From the NCBI GenBank assembly GCA_041644975.1, contig JBAZQX010000006.1:9761-73760 (forward strand): DNA of 64,000 nucleotides, read 5' to 3'. The notes under the pieces were generated by a model. It was not told the DNA's origin and did no database searches. It worked only from the letters and a program-made list of their open reading frames with translations. The stretch is from Candidatus Doudnabacteria bacterium. GTDB lineage: Bacteria; Patescibacteriota; JAQUNI01. Below, in pieces: positions 21,105 through 30,492 of this stretch; within the stretch, counting starts at the first letter, position 1; each line of letters starts with the position of its first letter. A program made the position numbers and the translations under genes.

Positions 21105-22058
21105 TCAGCCAATAATTTTTTCCGCGACGCGCAAAAGTGCGCTTCGCGATCGTGGATTTTGCTTAATCTCTCTATTTTTAGGCTTAGTTGGTTTTTTATT
21201 TAAAATTTTGATTTGCGGCAAATGGCCACAAACGCATTGCGGCACTTCTGGCGGACAAAGACAGCCGCGGCTCTCGGTGCGGAAAAAATTCTTCACTATT
21301 CTATCCTCTAAAGAATGAAAAGAGATGGCTATAAGCCTTCCTCCTCGTTCTAAAATCTCTAAAGCCTGCGGCAGCACTATTCGCAAATTTTCTAATTCAT
21401 TGTTCACGGCGATTCTCAAGGCTTGAAAAATCTTGGTTGCTGGATGAATCCTGCCTTTTTGAAAAAATGTCACTTTCAAAATAATCTTAACCAAATCTTG
21501 TGTTGTTTCTATCTTCTGTGTTTTGCGCTCTTCCACGATCAGTCGGGCAATTTCGCGCGCTTTCCGCTCCTCTCCATATAGGCGCAAAATCCGCGCCAAA
21601 TCTTCTTCATTATAATGATTTACAATATAAGCGGCGGTAGTCCTCGTTTCTTCGCCATGCCGCATATCTAATGGCTCATCTTTCAAAAACGAAAAGCCGC
21701 GGCCTGAAGACTCAAGTTCAAGAGAAGATAGACCCAAATCCAGCAACACACCTTGCACATTTTTAAAATGATGCTCCTCTACAACTTTTTTCAAATCGGC
21801 AAAGTTGCCTTGGACCAAAACGGCGCGTTCGCCAAATTCTCTTAAATTCTCGCGCGCGATTTTAATACTCGCCGCGCTCCAATCAATGCCGAGTAACATA
21901 CCGCACGGGCCAGTGCGCTCTAAAATAGCTCGCGCGTGGCCCGCTCCCCCTATGGTGCAGTCAATGAAGTTTCGATTGGGTTGTGGGTTTAAATAAGAGA
22001 TCACCTCCTCTAATAAGACGGGAATATGTGCAGAACCTGCTCTTGTAATAATTTTCAA
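21105..22058 (-). CDS. rsmH: 16S rRNA (cytosine1402-N4)-methyltransferase RsmH (MraW)
   Basis: HIPVLLEEV ... DCTIGGAGHA SAM-binding motifs. Confidence 0.9.
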   Translation of the reverse strand: MKIITRAGSAHIPVLLEEVISYLNPQPNRNFIDCTIGGAGHARAILERTGPCGMLLGIDWSAASIKIARENLREFGERAVLVQGNFADLKKVVEEHHFKNVQGVLLDLGLSSLELESSGRGFSFLKDEPLDMRHGEETRTTAAYIVNHYNEEDLARILRLYGEERKAREIARLIVEERKTQKIETTQDLVKIILKVTFFQKGRIHPATKIFQALRIAVNNELENLRIVLPQALEILERGGRLIAISFHSLEDRIVKNFFRTESRGCLCPPEVPQCVCGHLPQIKILNKKPTKPKNREIKQNPRSRSALLRVAEKIIG

Positions 22059-22186
22059 TTTTAAATTCTAAATTTTAAATCAAATCCAAATTTTAAATTC
22101 TAAATTTTAAAACTTTTTTCTTTGTTTTAAAATTTAAAATTCAAGCATTTAAAATTGATTTAAAATTAAAAATTAAGAATTTAAAA

Positions 22187-22618
22187 TTACACACCCAGTT
22201 CTCCCATCGCCTCCGCGATCTCGGTTGAGTCTTTCTCTGTCACTGCCTTGTATTTATTCCAAAGCTCCGCGTCCCAAATTTCCAAACGGTTATACAGACC
22301 GGCGATGACGGCTTGTTTCCCAAGCCGCGCGTAGTGGCGCAAATAATCCGGAATCAGAATCCGCCCCTGCTTATCCATCTTGACGTCCATCGCGCCGGCA
22401 AGCATAAGACGCGCGAACGCGCGCGACTTCGCTTGACTTATAGGGAGGCTCGCCAACTTCTCGGCAAGTTTCGTCCATTCTTCTTGACCATACAAAAAGA
22501 GACAGTTATCAAGACCTCGCGTCACCACGGCTCCGCTTGCTAACTTTTTCCGAAATTTTGCTGGAACAGCTAGACGACCCTTAGTATCTAAACTATGACT
22601 GTATTCGCCGATAAACAT
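22187..22618 (-). CDS. mraZ: transcriptional regulator MraZ
   Basis: Two DxxxR MraZ-type repeats (SLDTKGRLAVP; KMDKQGRILIP); start set at MFIGEY, because the 45 upstream codons of the listed ORF run through a family B/G repeat. Confidence 0.85.
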   Translation of the reverse strand: MFIGEYSHSLDTKGRLAVPAKFRKKLASGAVVTRGLDNCLFLYGQEEWTKLAEKLASLPISQAKSRAFARLMLAGAMDVKMDKQGRILIPDYLRHYARLGKQAVIAGLYNRLEIWDAELWNKYKAVTEKDSTEIAEAMGELGV

Positions 22619-22699
22619 TATAAAACAACCGATCCCAAATATTTCGGCTTTCCTTTTTTGGCGAGCGCAAAATACTTCGGATCTCCCCCTATATACTCT

Positions 22700-22765
22700 C
22701 GTCATTGCGAGGAGCCCCCCACCTTTTACAAAAGGTGGGGGGCAGCGAAGCAATCTCCTCGCATG
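22700..22765. mobile_element. family B/G palindromic repeat overlapping the annotated mraZ 5' end
   Basis: cgtcattgcgaggagccccccaccttttacaaaaggtggggggcagcgaagcaatctcctcgcatg. Confidence 0.65.
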
Positions 22766-22837
22766 AAAGTCTATTTAATTAAATTTTTATATTTTTATTC
22801 TTAAGTGGGTTATCCACCTTTGACCTGACTTCTCCCC

Positions 22838-22868
22838 ACTTTTGTCCACAGTTCCCCACAACAAAGTT
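22838..22868 (-). promoter_or_regulatory. three GTGG(G/A) direct repeats at 10-bp spacing (MraZ-box-like)
   Basis: Minus-strand gtggggaact gtggacaaaa gtgggga located ~220 bp upstream of mraZ, matching the known architecture of MraZ operators. Confidence 0.4.
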
Positions 22869-22977
22869 ATTATACACCATTTCAATGTTCCCGCCAACCA
22901 TTGCAAACCACTCTTCCCTTTGGCTTATTTAAAGGGAAATATAAGATAATCTTAAACTTTATCCACAGTTTTTAAAA

Positions 22978-23102
22978 CCCTCCCCCTTACCAAGGGGGAG
23001 ATGGCCTGCCCGCAACGCCTCGCAAGCTCGGCTTGCGTGGCGGGCGGGAGGGGGTCTATTCTCTCCCTCCCCTCCCAACCTCCCCTCGGGCAGGGGAGGA
23101 CA
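22978..23102. repeat. left arm of an ~85-bp inverted repeat pair (contains an inserted family B core)
   Basis: ctcccccttaccaagggggag ... agggggtctattctctccctcccctcccaacctcccctcgggcaggggagga is the reverse complement of 25387-25466. Confidence 0.6.
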
Positions 23103-23345
23103 TTTTTTTCCAAACAAAAAAATCCTCACCAATCTGCGAAAGGACCCAGCCCTTCATCTTTTTAAAAAAGGTGAAGGGGGAGGAGAGAGATTTTCTCTGC
23201 GTCCAAAAAGGACACAGAAAGTCCATTCGCAGGTTGGTGAGGACAAATTACCCTTTCCTCAAATGGCATTTTAAAATACCATTTAGGGAAAGGAGGAATA
23301 GGATCATAAAATAAAAAAAATTTAATCCTATCCTCGGAAGCACAA

Positions 23346-23684
23346 CTATTCGCCAGCCATTGCCGCGCGATAGTTACAAAAATTCACCCAGCCATCCTCT
23401 TTTGCTACTTTTCGTAGCAAAATAATTTCAGCATCAGTGACTTCATTCCTACCTGGAGGCAATAAGGGCTCAACCATATAGTTGCCTTTGCTATAAACCC
23501 AGTGACCACCCGGAGACAAATCGGTCACTAATTCTCCAGTTTTAAATTGAAAAACGACGGATAGAGGAGATACCTTTAAATAGCAAAGGTCATAAATCCC
23601 CCATCCGAGCCATCCCACAATAAAAGCCAATAACAGATAGATGACCGAAAGAAAAATTATCCTCATTTTTTTCTCCTTTGCCAC
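23346..23684 (-). CDS. small membrane protein (hypothetical)
   Basis: 112 aa, N-terminal TM helix. Confidence 0.3.
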   Translation of the reverse strand: MAKEKKMRIIFLSVIYLLLAFIVGWLGWGIYDLCYLKVSPLSVVFQFKTGELVTDLSPGGHWVYSKGNYMVEPLLPPGRNEVTDAEIILLRKVAKEDGWVNFCNYRAAMAGE

Positions 23685-24534
23685 TTTAATGTGGCTTATG
23701 GGTTTTGGGTTTTACTAATAATGAACAATCACTCTTTTGGATTAAACTCTAATTTTTCTCTCCTACCCCAGGGATCGGGAGATTTTCCCCCTGATAAGGG
23801 GGAAGTAAAGGGGGTTGAATTTTTTTATAACCACTCCTCAACCTCCCGCTTTCCAAAGGGGAGGAACTAAAAGACTTTAACCCAAAAGAATGAGCCAAGG
23901 GAAGAAAAAATATCTCTCAACCCTTGACTGAAACGGCTTTAAGGATTTTCATTAAAGGGGTTTTCTCGTCCCCCTGACTGATAAAAATCCTCGAGCATAA
24001 TACCCACTTTTTTAAAGAAATTTTTTAAAACTTGAAAAATCTTTTTCATTCCTCACCTCCTCAACAAAAATGACAACTGTAGCTTAACGACACCTCCAAA
24101 TTGCCTTTTCTTTTTTAAAAAGAAACTTAGAGATAACTTTAGGCACCTTAAATTACGCAATGCGTCGTCATTCAAGAATTAGGTAAGAATACACAGAACA
24201 ACAAATAAAGATTGAAGGAATGGATAAACAGACGAATTATACAGATCATTTCGTTTATCCATTCCTCCTGCGGATAGATTTTGGTTTACCACCAAAAATC
24301 TATCTGTATTGTTTTCTCTATTACTCCGCCTTTATAGGCGAGACAATAAAAATGCAAGACATGCCACCACAACAATCACCTCCTCTTACGGTTAGCTTTA
24401 CTATCCAACAACTGAAACTTTATTGACTTATATAGACACCTTCTTACTCTCCTCCAACTAAATTTTGGAAAATTTTCCAAAGCTTGGTTGAAGGACTGAC
24501 GCGAAGAAAAAAATGTGCGTCAGTCCGGAATTCG

Positions 24535-24933
24535 CTACACGAATTTTATTCCTGCCAGGATGTTAACCCCAGCGAATTTGGCGAATAACCATATTATTCC
24601 ATAGTTCGCTAGAATCCATAACAGAAAGCATAAACATGCAACAATTATCATATAATCGTTGGGGTTAGACAACATGATGCCAACGATTAATAAGAATGTG
24701 AACAATCCCATAATTATGGTTGCAACATATAAGATATTTGCAACCACTGAAACTGCGTTGCTTATTTCATAACCATGCATTTCTAACAGGTTGAATATAA
24801 CATTTAGTAGAGATAAAAATATCCCCACTATTGTTATAATTATTATTGCCCAATGAAAACGATAATGGGCAACCTTGTCGTTATACCCTACCTCTTGGTC
24901 AGCTCGAACTGGTTTTTGCGAAAATTCCATCAT
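24535..24933 (-). CDS. hypothetical membrane protein (4 TM)
   Basis: 132 aa; overlaps the upstream ORF by 4 nt (translational coupling). Confidence 0.4.
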   Translation of the reverse strand: MMEFSQKPVRADQEVGYNDKVAHYRFHWAIIIITIVGIFLSLLNVIFNLLEMHGYEISNAVSVVANILYVATIIMGLFTFLLIVGIMLSNPNDYMIIVACLCFLLWILANYGIIWLFAKFAGVNILAGIKFV

Positions 24934-25280
24934 TCTGCACTCCCAAAATATTCAAAGGCTGCTTTCCATACTATGCCATTTCTAACACAATAAATTTGTA
25001 GATTAATGTGCTGGATCATAATATCCAGAACGCATTTTTTGGGAATGCGAACTAAAATTACCCAATCTCCTTCTTCCTCTAAAAAATAGAACCCATTTTT
25101 CTTTTTCAAGAGTCCGGGTATCAATTTTTGGGCATCTACTTCTGTTTCATCTTTACGACAAACAACGATCTCTTCTAACCTAATCTCCAAATCCACTTTA
25201 TTCATTTTCTTCTCCTCGGCCATTTCTGACCTTTCAAAAAACCTTAAACCTTTTCTTTCTTCCACCCCAGTAAATGCCAT
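24930..25280 (-). CDS. hypothetical soluble protein
   Basis: 116 aa; paired with the downstream membrane protein. Confidence 0.4.
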   Translation of the reverse strand: MAFTGVEERKGLRFFERSEMAEEKKMNKVDLEIRLEEIVVCRKDETEVDAQKLIPGLLKKKNGFYFLEEEGDWVILVRIPKKCVLDIMIQHINLQIYCVRNGIVWKAAFEYFGSAE

Positions 25281-25386
25281 ACCTTCAAATCAGGCCATTA
25301 CCCTCTTTCTGGCAGGGACGGAAAGATTAAAATTAAGGGCAAATATTAATCGCTCCAAGCGACCAAACTGTGGCTAATCTTTCCTT

Positions 25387-25466
25387 CCCTGCCCGAGGGG
25401 AGGTTGGGAGGGGAGGGAGCTTCAATAGATAGACCCCCTCCACCTCCCCCTTGGTAAGGGGGAGAA
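25387..25466. repeat. right arm of the ~85-bp inverted repeat pair
   Basis: ccctgcccgaggggaggttgggaggggagggag ... ctcccccttggtaagggggag. Confidence 0.6.
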
Positions 25467-27004
25467 AATTTCAATTTCGCCGCACTTTGGTTGCTTGGAT
25501 ATGGTATTCGGTTTTAAAGAACACATAACCCCTCTTAGTCTCCCCTTATCAGGGGAGAAACTCTTAAAGAGGACGATGTAGATGAGAAATAGGCGTAATA
25601 AATATTTTGGCCCTCTCCTCTACATCGTTCTCTCTGCTATAAACCTAAACGTGGTTCATAGCTGGACTGCGCTAGACATAGTGTAGCTCGTCTTCTCTTA
25701 TATAAATGATAAAGAATCATTACTTCTAAGTCTCTTTCTCCCCTCCTTGCAATAACATTTGGAAAGAAACTTGGAAGTGAGGACCAGTATTTCTCTGGTC
25801 CGAAGGTTTGTATTTAACTAAGCCTAGCGCAATCCTGTCTGATGCCACACGGCATCTCTCCCAAGGTTACCAGGGTCTAGTATTTGTTGACCCCCCAAGA
25901 GAGTCATAACGAAACTATGCGCATCAACAATAGGTTCGTCTTCGTCTTCTTCATCATCATCTTCGTTATCATCTATCTCATCATCAAAGTTTACCACTCA
26001 ATTCACCTCCTTAAATTTTGGCAGTCAAATGTTCAAGTTCAAACGTTTCTCAAGAAGACGATGCAGATGAGATTTTGAATGGGATTATTTTGGAAACGGC
26101 AGCTGTCTTAGGGTGAATAATTAATATGAATATTACCCTAAGTAATCCTGCCAAAAAATAATCCATTCGCACTCTCTCCTCCACATCGTTCTCTTGAGGA
26201 TTTTCTCAAACCCCCTCTTCACTCCCCCTTTGAAATGGGGAGATTTTGGTAAACAAATAGCCCCAAGGTAGAAAACCTAAGGGCTATTTGTCAAAATTCT
26301 GAATTAGTATTAAAAGGTTCTCTCTCCTTTACCCTCCGAAGCTTCAGCGCAGGAGGGCTTTACCTCGCCGAAGTCCCAATGGGACAAAGGCAAGTTTTTA
26401 ATAATATATATAAAATTGTAAATTAGCATTTTTCTTATTTTGTTTTAGGACTGTTATCATAGCATACTTTGATATTCTTGTCAAGGGTTTCACCTAATTT
26501 TGGATCATTTTAAGGCTTTTTATCCATTATTCTAAGCCTATCAATATTATTTGTTCAGGTAGAGAAGCAAGAGCGGTGAAGATCAAACAGAGTTGAATAA
26601 AAATCATCTACGATCCTCGTTGGTCTTCACCGTTTGCGGATTCAAAAATCTTGTATTGGATCCCCATCCAAAGGGGAGGAATTTTCTGAACCTTCCAAAT
26701 TCCACATCGTGAAATCTGAAATTTGGAAGATTGGTGAGCTGGTTTTGCCTAGGTTTTTTCTAATCCCCAGAAAAGTTACTTTCCAAATCTTGTTGGAGCA
26801 AGAATTAATTTGAATGAACATATATATAAATTTTCCCTGCTCCAACCGGATTTGAAAATAACTTTTTGATATTTTGTTTGAAGTGGTATTATATCATAAT
26901 CATATATTTTTGTCAAGAGTTTATTCTCTTTTATAACAAAAAAGGGCTTATTGTAGCCAAATTTTTATTTCTTAATTTTTAATTTTTAACTAATTTTTAT
27001 TTGT

Positions 27005-27430
27005 TTAATTTTTATTACTCTTAATAGTGGATAAGATTTTGGAAAACATTTTGGCGTAGCCTTGAGTTTCTAGCCATAACTTGCGGCATTCACTTTTTAC
27101 GCTAGCATCGGCTTGAGCCAACATTCTTAACCAGTGCATTGTCTCCTTGGCTTCTTTCTTACAGATGTGGATTTTGTTCTTGAAATCTTTTTTACTTGAC
27201 GCGCCGTTCGCTTCCATCCTTCCTTTGTCAGGATTTTCAATATAGTTTGCTCCAATAGAAGTGCCAGCTCTAACCAACTGGCTGATAATGGGTAGAGTCA
27301 CTGCATTTTTAGCCGCTTTCTTGGTTAAAATAATGATTTTCTCCCCTAATTGTTCAAACTTCTCCTCTAAATCATAACTTTGCTTTGTATTTATGCGGGG
27401 CATAAATGGTTTAATAAGTAAATAATTCAA
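27005..27430 (-). CDS. four-helix-bundle protein (23S rRNA intervening-sequence protein family)
   Basis: LVRAGTSIGANYIEN ... KDF ... KEAKETMHWL pattern characteristic of this family. Confidence 0.7.
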   Translation of the reverse strand: MNYLLIKPFMPRINTKQSYDLEEKFEQLGEKIIILTKKAAKNAVTLPIISQLVRAGTSIGANYIENPDKGRMEANGASSKKDFKNKIHICKKEAKETMHWLRMLAQADASVKSECRKLWLETQGYAKMFSKILSTIKSNKN

Positions 27431-27475
27431 TAAAAATTAGCTAAAAATTAATAAATAAAAATTAAAAATTACTTT

Positions 27476-28654
27476 CTACTCTCCCCTCAACGCTTCCACG
27501 GGATCCATCCTGCTTGCCCGAATCGCAGGATAAAGACCGGACAATAGACCCACAAGCGTGGCAAAAACAATAATACTGCCTATAAGCCACCAAGGCAGCG
27601 CAAATAAATCAACTTGGGTTTGGACAATGTTTTGCGCGGCAATATAATTATTAAGAAGAGAACTTAAAATTACAGTAATGCCCCAGCCGCAGAGCACGCC
27701 AAAAAAACCGCCGATAAAACCAATCGCAGAAGCTTCCAAACTGAAAATTTTTAAGATGTCCCGCCGCGACGCGCCGACCGCGCGCATCACCCCAATCTCA
27801 CGAGTCCGCTCCAGGGTAGCCATAATCATCGTATTGATAATCCCGAGGGAAGCGACGCCCAAGATGATAATCCCCACGCTTCCGAGAGCAAGTTCTAAAA
27901 TCCTGAAATATTTGGTCACGCGGTCAACCAAATCATCTAAAGCGACTGCTTCCAAGCCCATCCCCTTAATCTCTTTGCTAATCCCCGCGACCTTTTGCAC
28001 GGAATTTGCCTTCACCCGCAGACTATCATAAGTTACCATTTTCTTAATCTCGCTCGCCTGGGTCAAAGGGATAAAAACTCCATAGCCCAAGATATTCTCT
28101 CCCCGAGCCACGCCGACAATTTTTAAAACTAAATTCTTTTGGCCGAAGGTTAAATTTAAAGATTTACCTAAAAATCTCTCTGGATAATCATTAGAAAAAT
28201 CTTTCAAAAAATTCTCTCCTATGACAGCGCTTTCCCCTGCCAAACTTGAAGCGGGACTACCAGCGATCAATTTAAAAACATCCGTCGCCCCTGACGGCAC
28301 GGCAGTAACCAAGGTCTTGCCTACTTTTTTTTCAAAACCGCTCAAGGATACCTCATCAGCCATTAAAGTAACCATCGGATCCACACGCGCGACATCAGGC
28401 AGGCTTTCCAACTTGCTGATTGTTTCGGAGTCCAGAAGCCGATTCCCATCCTCTTTCTGATAAACATTAATGTCTGTTAATTCTCCCGTGTCTTTCAGAC
28501 CTTTAACGACGATCTGCTGTAAACCCACGCCCAGAGAAACCATAGAGCTAATTAAAGTCGTGCCGATAAGAATCGCGAAGGTCGTTAAAACCGTGCGCAA
28601 CTTGCGGCGGCGCAGATTTTTGAAAGCAAATAAAATTGCCGAGGAAATCTTCAT
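27476..28654 (-). CDS. ABC transporter permease (FtsX/MacB-type)
   Basis: 392 aa; N-terminal TM, large periplasmic domain, three C-terminal TM helices; adjacent to the ATPase. Confidence 0.8.
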   Translation of the reverse strand: MKISSAILFAFKNLRRRKLRTVLTTFAILIGTTLISSMVSLGVGLQQIVVKGLKDTGELTDINVYQKEDGNRLLDSETISKLESLPDVARVDPMVTLMADEVSLSGFEKKVGKTLVTAVPSGATDVFKLIAGSPASSLAGESAVIGENFLKDFSNDYPERFLGKSLNLTFGQKNLVLKIVGVARGENILGYGVFIPLTQASEIKKMVTYDSLRVKANSVQKVAGISKEIKGMGLEAVALDDLVDRVTKYFRILELALGSVGIIILGVASLGIINTMIMATLERTREIGVMRAVGASRRDILKIFSLEASAIGFIGGFFGVLCGWGITVILSSLLNNYIAAQNIVQTQVDLFALPWWLIGSIIVFATLVGLLSGLYPAIRASRMDPVEALRGE

Positions 28655-28786
28655 AGAGAAAATTCAAAATGTAAAAATTAAAATGAAAGTTTAAAATGTC
28701 AAAATGAAAAAAATTTTAAAATTTTGCATTGTCTCGCTGTGCGAGATCTGACCATAAAGATCTGGCAAATCCAGAAAAATTGAAAA

Positions 28787-29452
28787 TTAATTTATCACTC
28801 TCCCATCCTGCATCCTTAAAACCCGAGGCGCGATTCCCGCCGCTTCCGAATCATGGGTAACTAAAAGCACGGTGACGCCCAAGTGCTGATTAATATAAGA
28901 TAAAATCTCTAAAATCTGTTGGCTTGCCTGCGAATCTAGATTTCCTGTCGGCTCATCCGCCAAAATAATCTCTGGCCGCGTCACGAGAGCGCGCGCGATG
29001 GCTACCCGCTGGCGCTGACCCCCTGAAAGTTCACTGCCCTTATGTTCAAGCCGGTCGCCTAACCCCAGCCATATCAGCAAATCAGCAGCAATTCTATTTC
29101 TTTTCCCCTTGGCAACATTAGCGAATAACAAAGGCAAAGCGACATTTTCCACGGCGGTTTGCGAGGAGTCTAAATTAAACATCTGAAAGATGAAGCCGAC
29201 TTTTTGATTGCGGTAAGTAGAAATGGCTTGGTCCGACAGACTGGTCAAACAAAGCTGGTCCACAAAAATATCGCCCTGATTCGGCCGATCCAAACCGCCG
29301 ATCACGTGCAAAAGAGTGGATTTTCCCGAACCCGAGGGACCCGTGATCGCCAAAAATTCACCCCGGCTGATATTCAAATTAATACCATCCAAGGCAAAAA
29401 TATTTTCTCCACCCATCTTGTAGATTTTAGAAACATTCTGGAGGGAAATCAT
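28787..29452 (-). CDS. ABC transporter ATP-binding protein (MacB/LolD-type)
   Basis: Walker A GPSGSGKST, signature LSGGQRQR, Walker B ILADEPTGNLD. Confidence 0.9.
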   Translation of the reverse strand: MISLQNVSKIYKMGGENIFALDGINLNISRGEFLAITGPSGSGKSTLLHVIGGLDRPNQGDIFVDQLCLTSLSDQAISTYRNQKVGFIFQMFNLDSSQTAVENVALPLLFANVAKGKRNRIAADLLIWLGLGDRLEHKGSELSGGQRQRVAIARALVTRPEIILADEPTGNLDSQASQQILEILSYINQHLGVTVLLVTHDSEAAGIAPRVLRMQDGRVIN

Positions 29453-29572
29453 AACAAATTAAAAATTTTAAATGAAAAATGTAAAATTATAACGCAAAAT
29501 CCAAAATTCTTCAATTTCTTAATTTTGAATTTTAAATTGCAATTTTCAATTTTGAACTTTTAATTTTTAATT

Positions 29573-30181
29573 TTATATTCTTCCCCAATCCAATTCCGCT
29601 GGTTTGTGGCTGCCGATTCTGTCCACTAACTTTAAATAATCACTCTTAAAAATTGTATCCACAAAACGGTCATGCATTTCCTGACGATACAAAAATTCAG
29701 CGAGCGACACTACCGTATAATTTAACTCCTCGCCTAATCCCTCTTCTAATTTTCTCACAATACGCACGAGCGCTTTTTTATTGATCCTGCCCACAACAAA
29801 CAAATCCACCGGCGAATCATCTAAACCAATGAACTTACCCGAGAGACAGGCAAACTTGATTCCCGCTAACTGCTCAATGTCCCGAGCCAATTTACTCCCC
29901 TCCAATCCCGCCTTGAAAATCAGACGCTTTAATTCCGGATACAGTTTAAACTGATCGTTCGGGTAATAATACTTCTTGCCCTCCTGGAAGCGACTCTTGA
30001 GCAGTCCTAATCCCTCCAAATTCGCAAGCTCTAGTCTCACCGAATTAATCCTTTCATCCAAACGGCGGGTTAACTCCCGCACATAATAAGATTGGGGCTT
30101 GCCCGCCAAAAAAATCGCCAGTAGCTTCACCCTTACTTTGGAAGAAAATAATTGTTCCAGCATAGAGTTGCTTTTGAACAA
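29573..30181 (-). CDS. putative transcriptional regulator (N-terminal winged helix)
   Basis: 202 aa; N-terminal HTH-like segment (KVRVKLLAIFLAG...YYVRELTRRL) plus an uncharacterised C-terminal domain. Confidence 0.4.
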   Translation of the reverse strand: MFKSNSMLEQLFSSKVRVKLLAIFLAGKPQSYYVRELTRRLDERINSVRLELANLEGLGLLKSRFQEGKKYYYPNDQFKLYPELKRLIFKAGLEGSKLARDIEQLAGIKFACLSGKFIGLDDSPVDLFVVGRINKKALVRIVRKLEEGLGEELNYTVVSLAEFLYRQEMHDRFVDTIFKSDYLKLVDRIGSHKPAELDWGRI

Positions 30182-30342
30182 GTTAGTTGTTCACTTTTAA
30201 TATAGCATAACAAAAATCAGAATGTAAAGCTAGTCCAGTTTCTAAATGACCTAAATAACAACAGCTAATTTTAAAATTCTTGCAACTTGTAACATATAAC
30301 CCAAGACTTGAGTTATATGTTACACGTTATAAGTTACAAATT

Positions 30343-30402
30343 TACCCCGTTAGAGAACTTCGTTCTCTAACCCCGTTTAGAAATTTATTTCTAACGGGGT
30401 TT
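30343..30402. mobile_element. family A MITE-like element (short form)
   Basis: ccccgttagagaacttcgttctctaaccccgtttagaaatttatttctaacggggt. Confidence 0.65.
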
Positions 30403-30492
30403 ACAAGAATTAGGTCAATTAGAAATTTCACCACCTTTTGCATTTTTATCTCATCAATATTATAATGTAAGTAAATACTTTGTATATATCTT

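Noticed and set aside
22619-22753. N-terminal 45 codons of the listed mraZ ORF
   Set aside because: This segment is encoded by a family B/G repeat (cgtcattgcgagg..ccccccaccttttacaaaaggtgggggg). The MraZ fold starts at MFIGEY (22618), giving a normal 144-aa protein.
22800-22960. Cluster of DnaA-box-like 9-mers (ttatccacc, ttgtccaca, ttatccaca), considered as an oriC candidate
   Set aside because: The same bases form three GTGG(G/A) repeats at 10-bp spacing upstream of mraZ, the classic MraZ operator layout. No dnaA or dnaN is nearby and there is no AT-rich DUE with 13-mers, so oriC is unlikely.
26900-27480. Possible 23S rRNA gene hosting the four-helix-bundle (IVS-type) protein gene
   Set aside because: No conserved 16S or 23S signature sequences are present anywhere in the window, for example nothing matching the 515F GTGCCAGCMGCCGCGGTAA region. 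The genes are free-standing.
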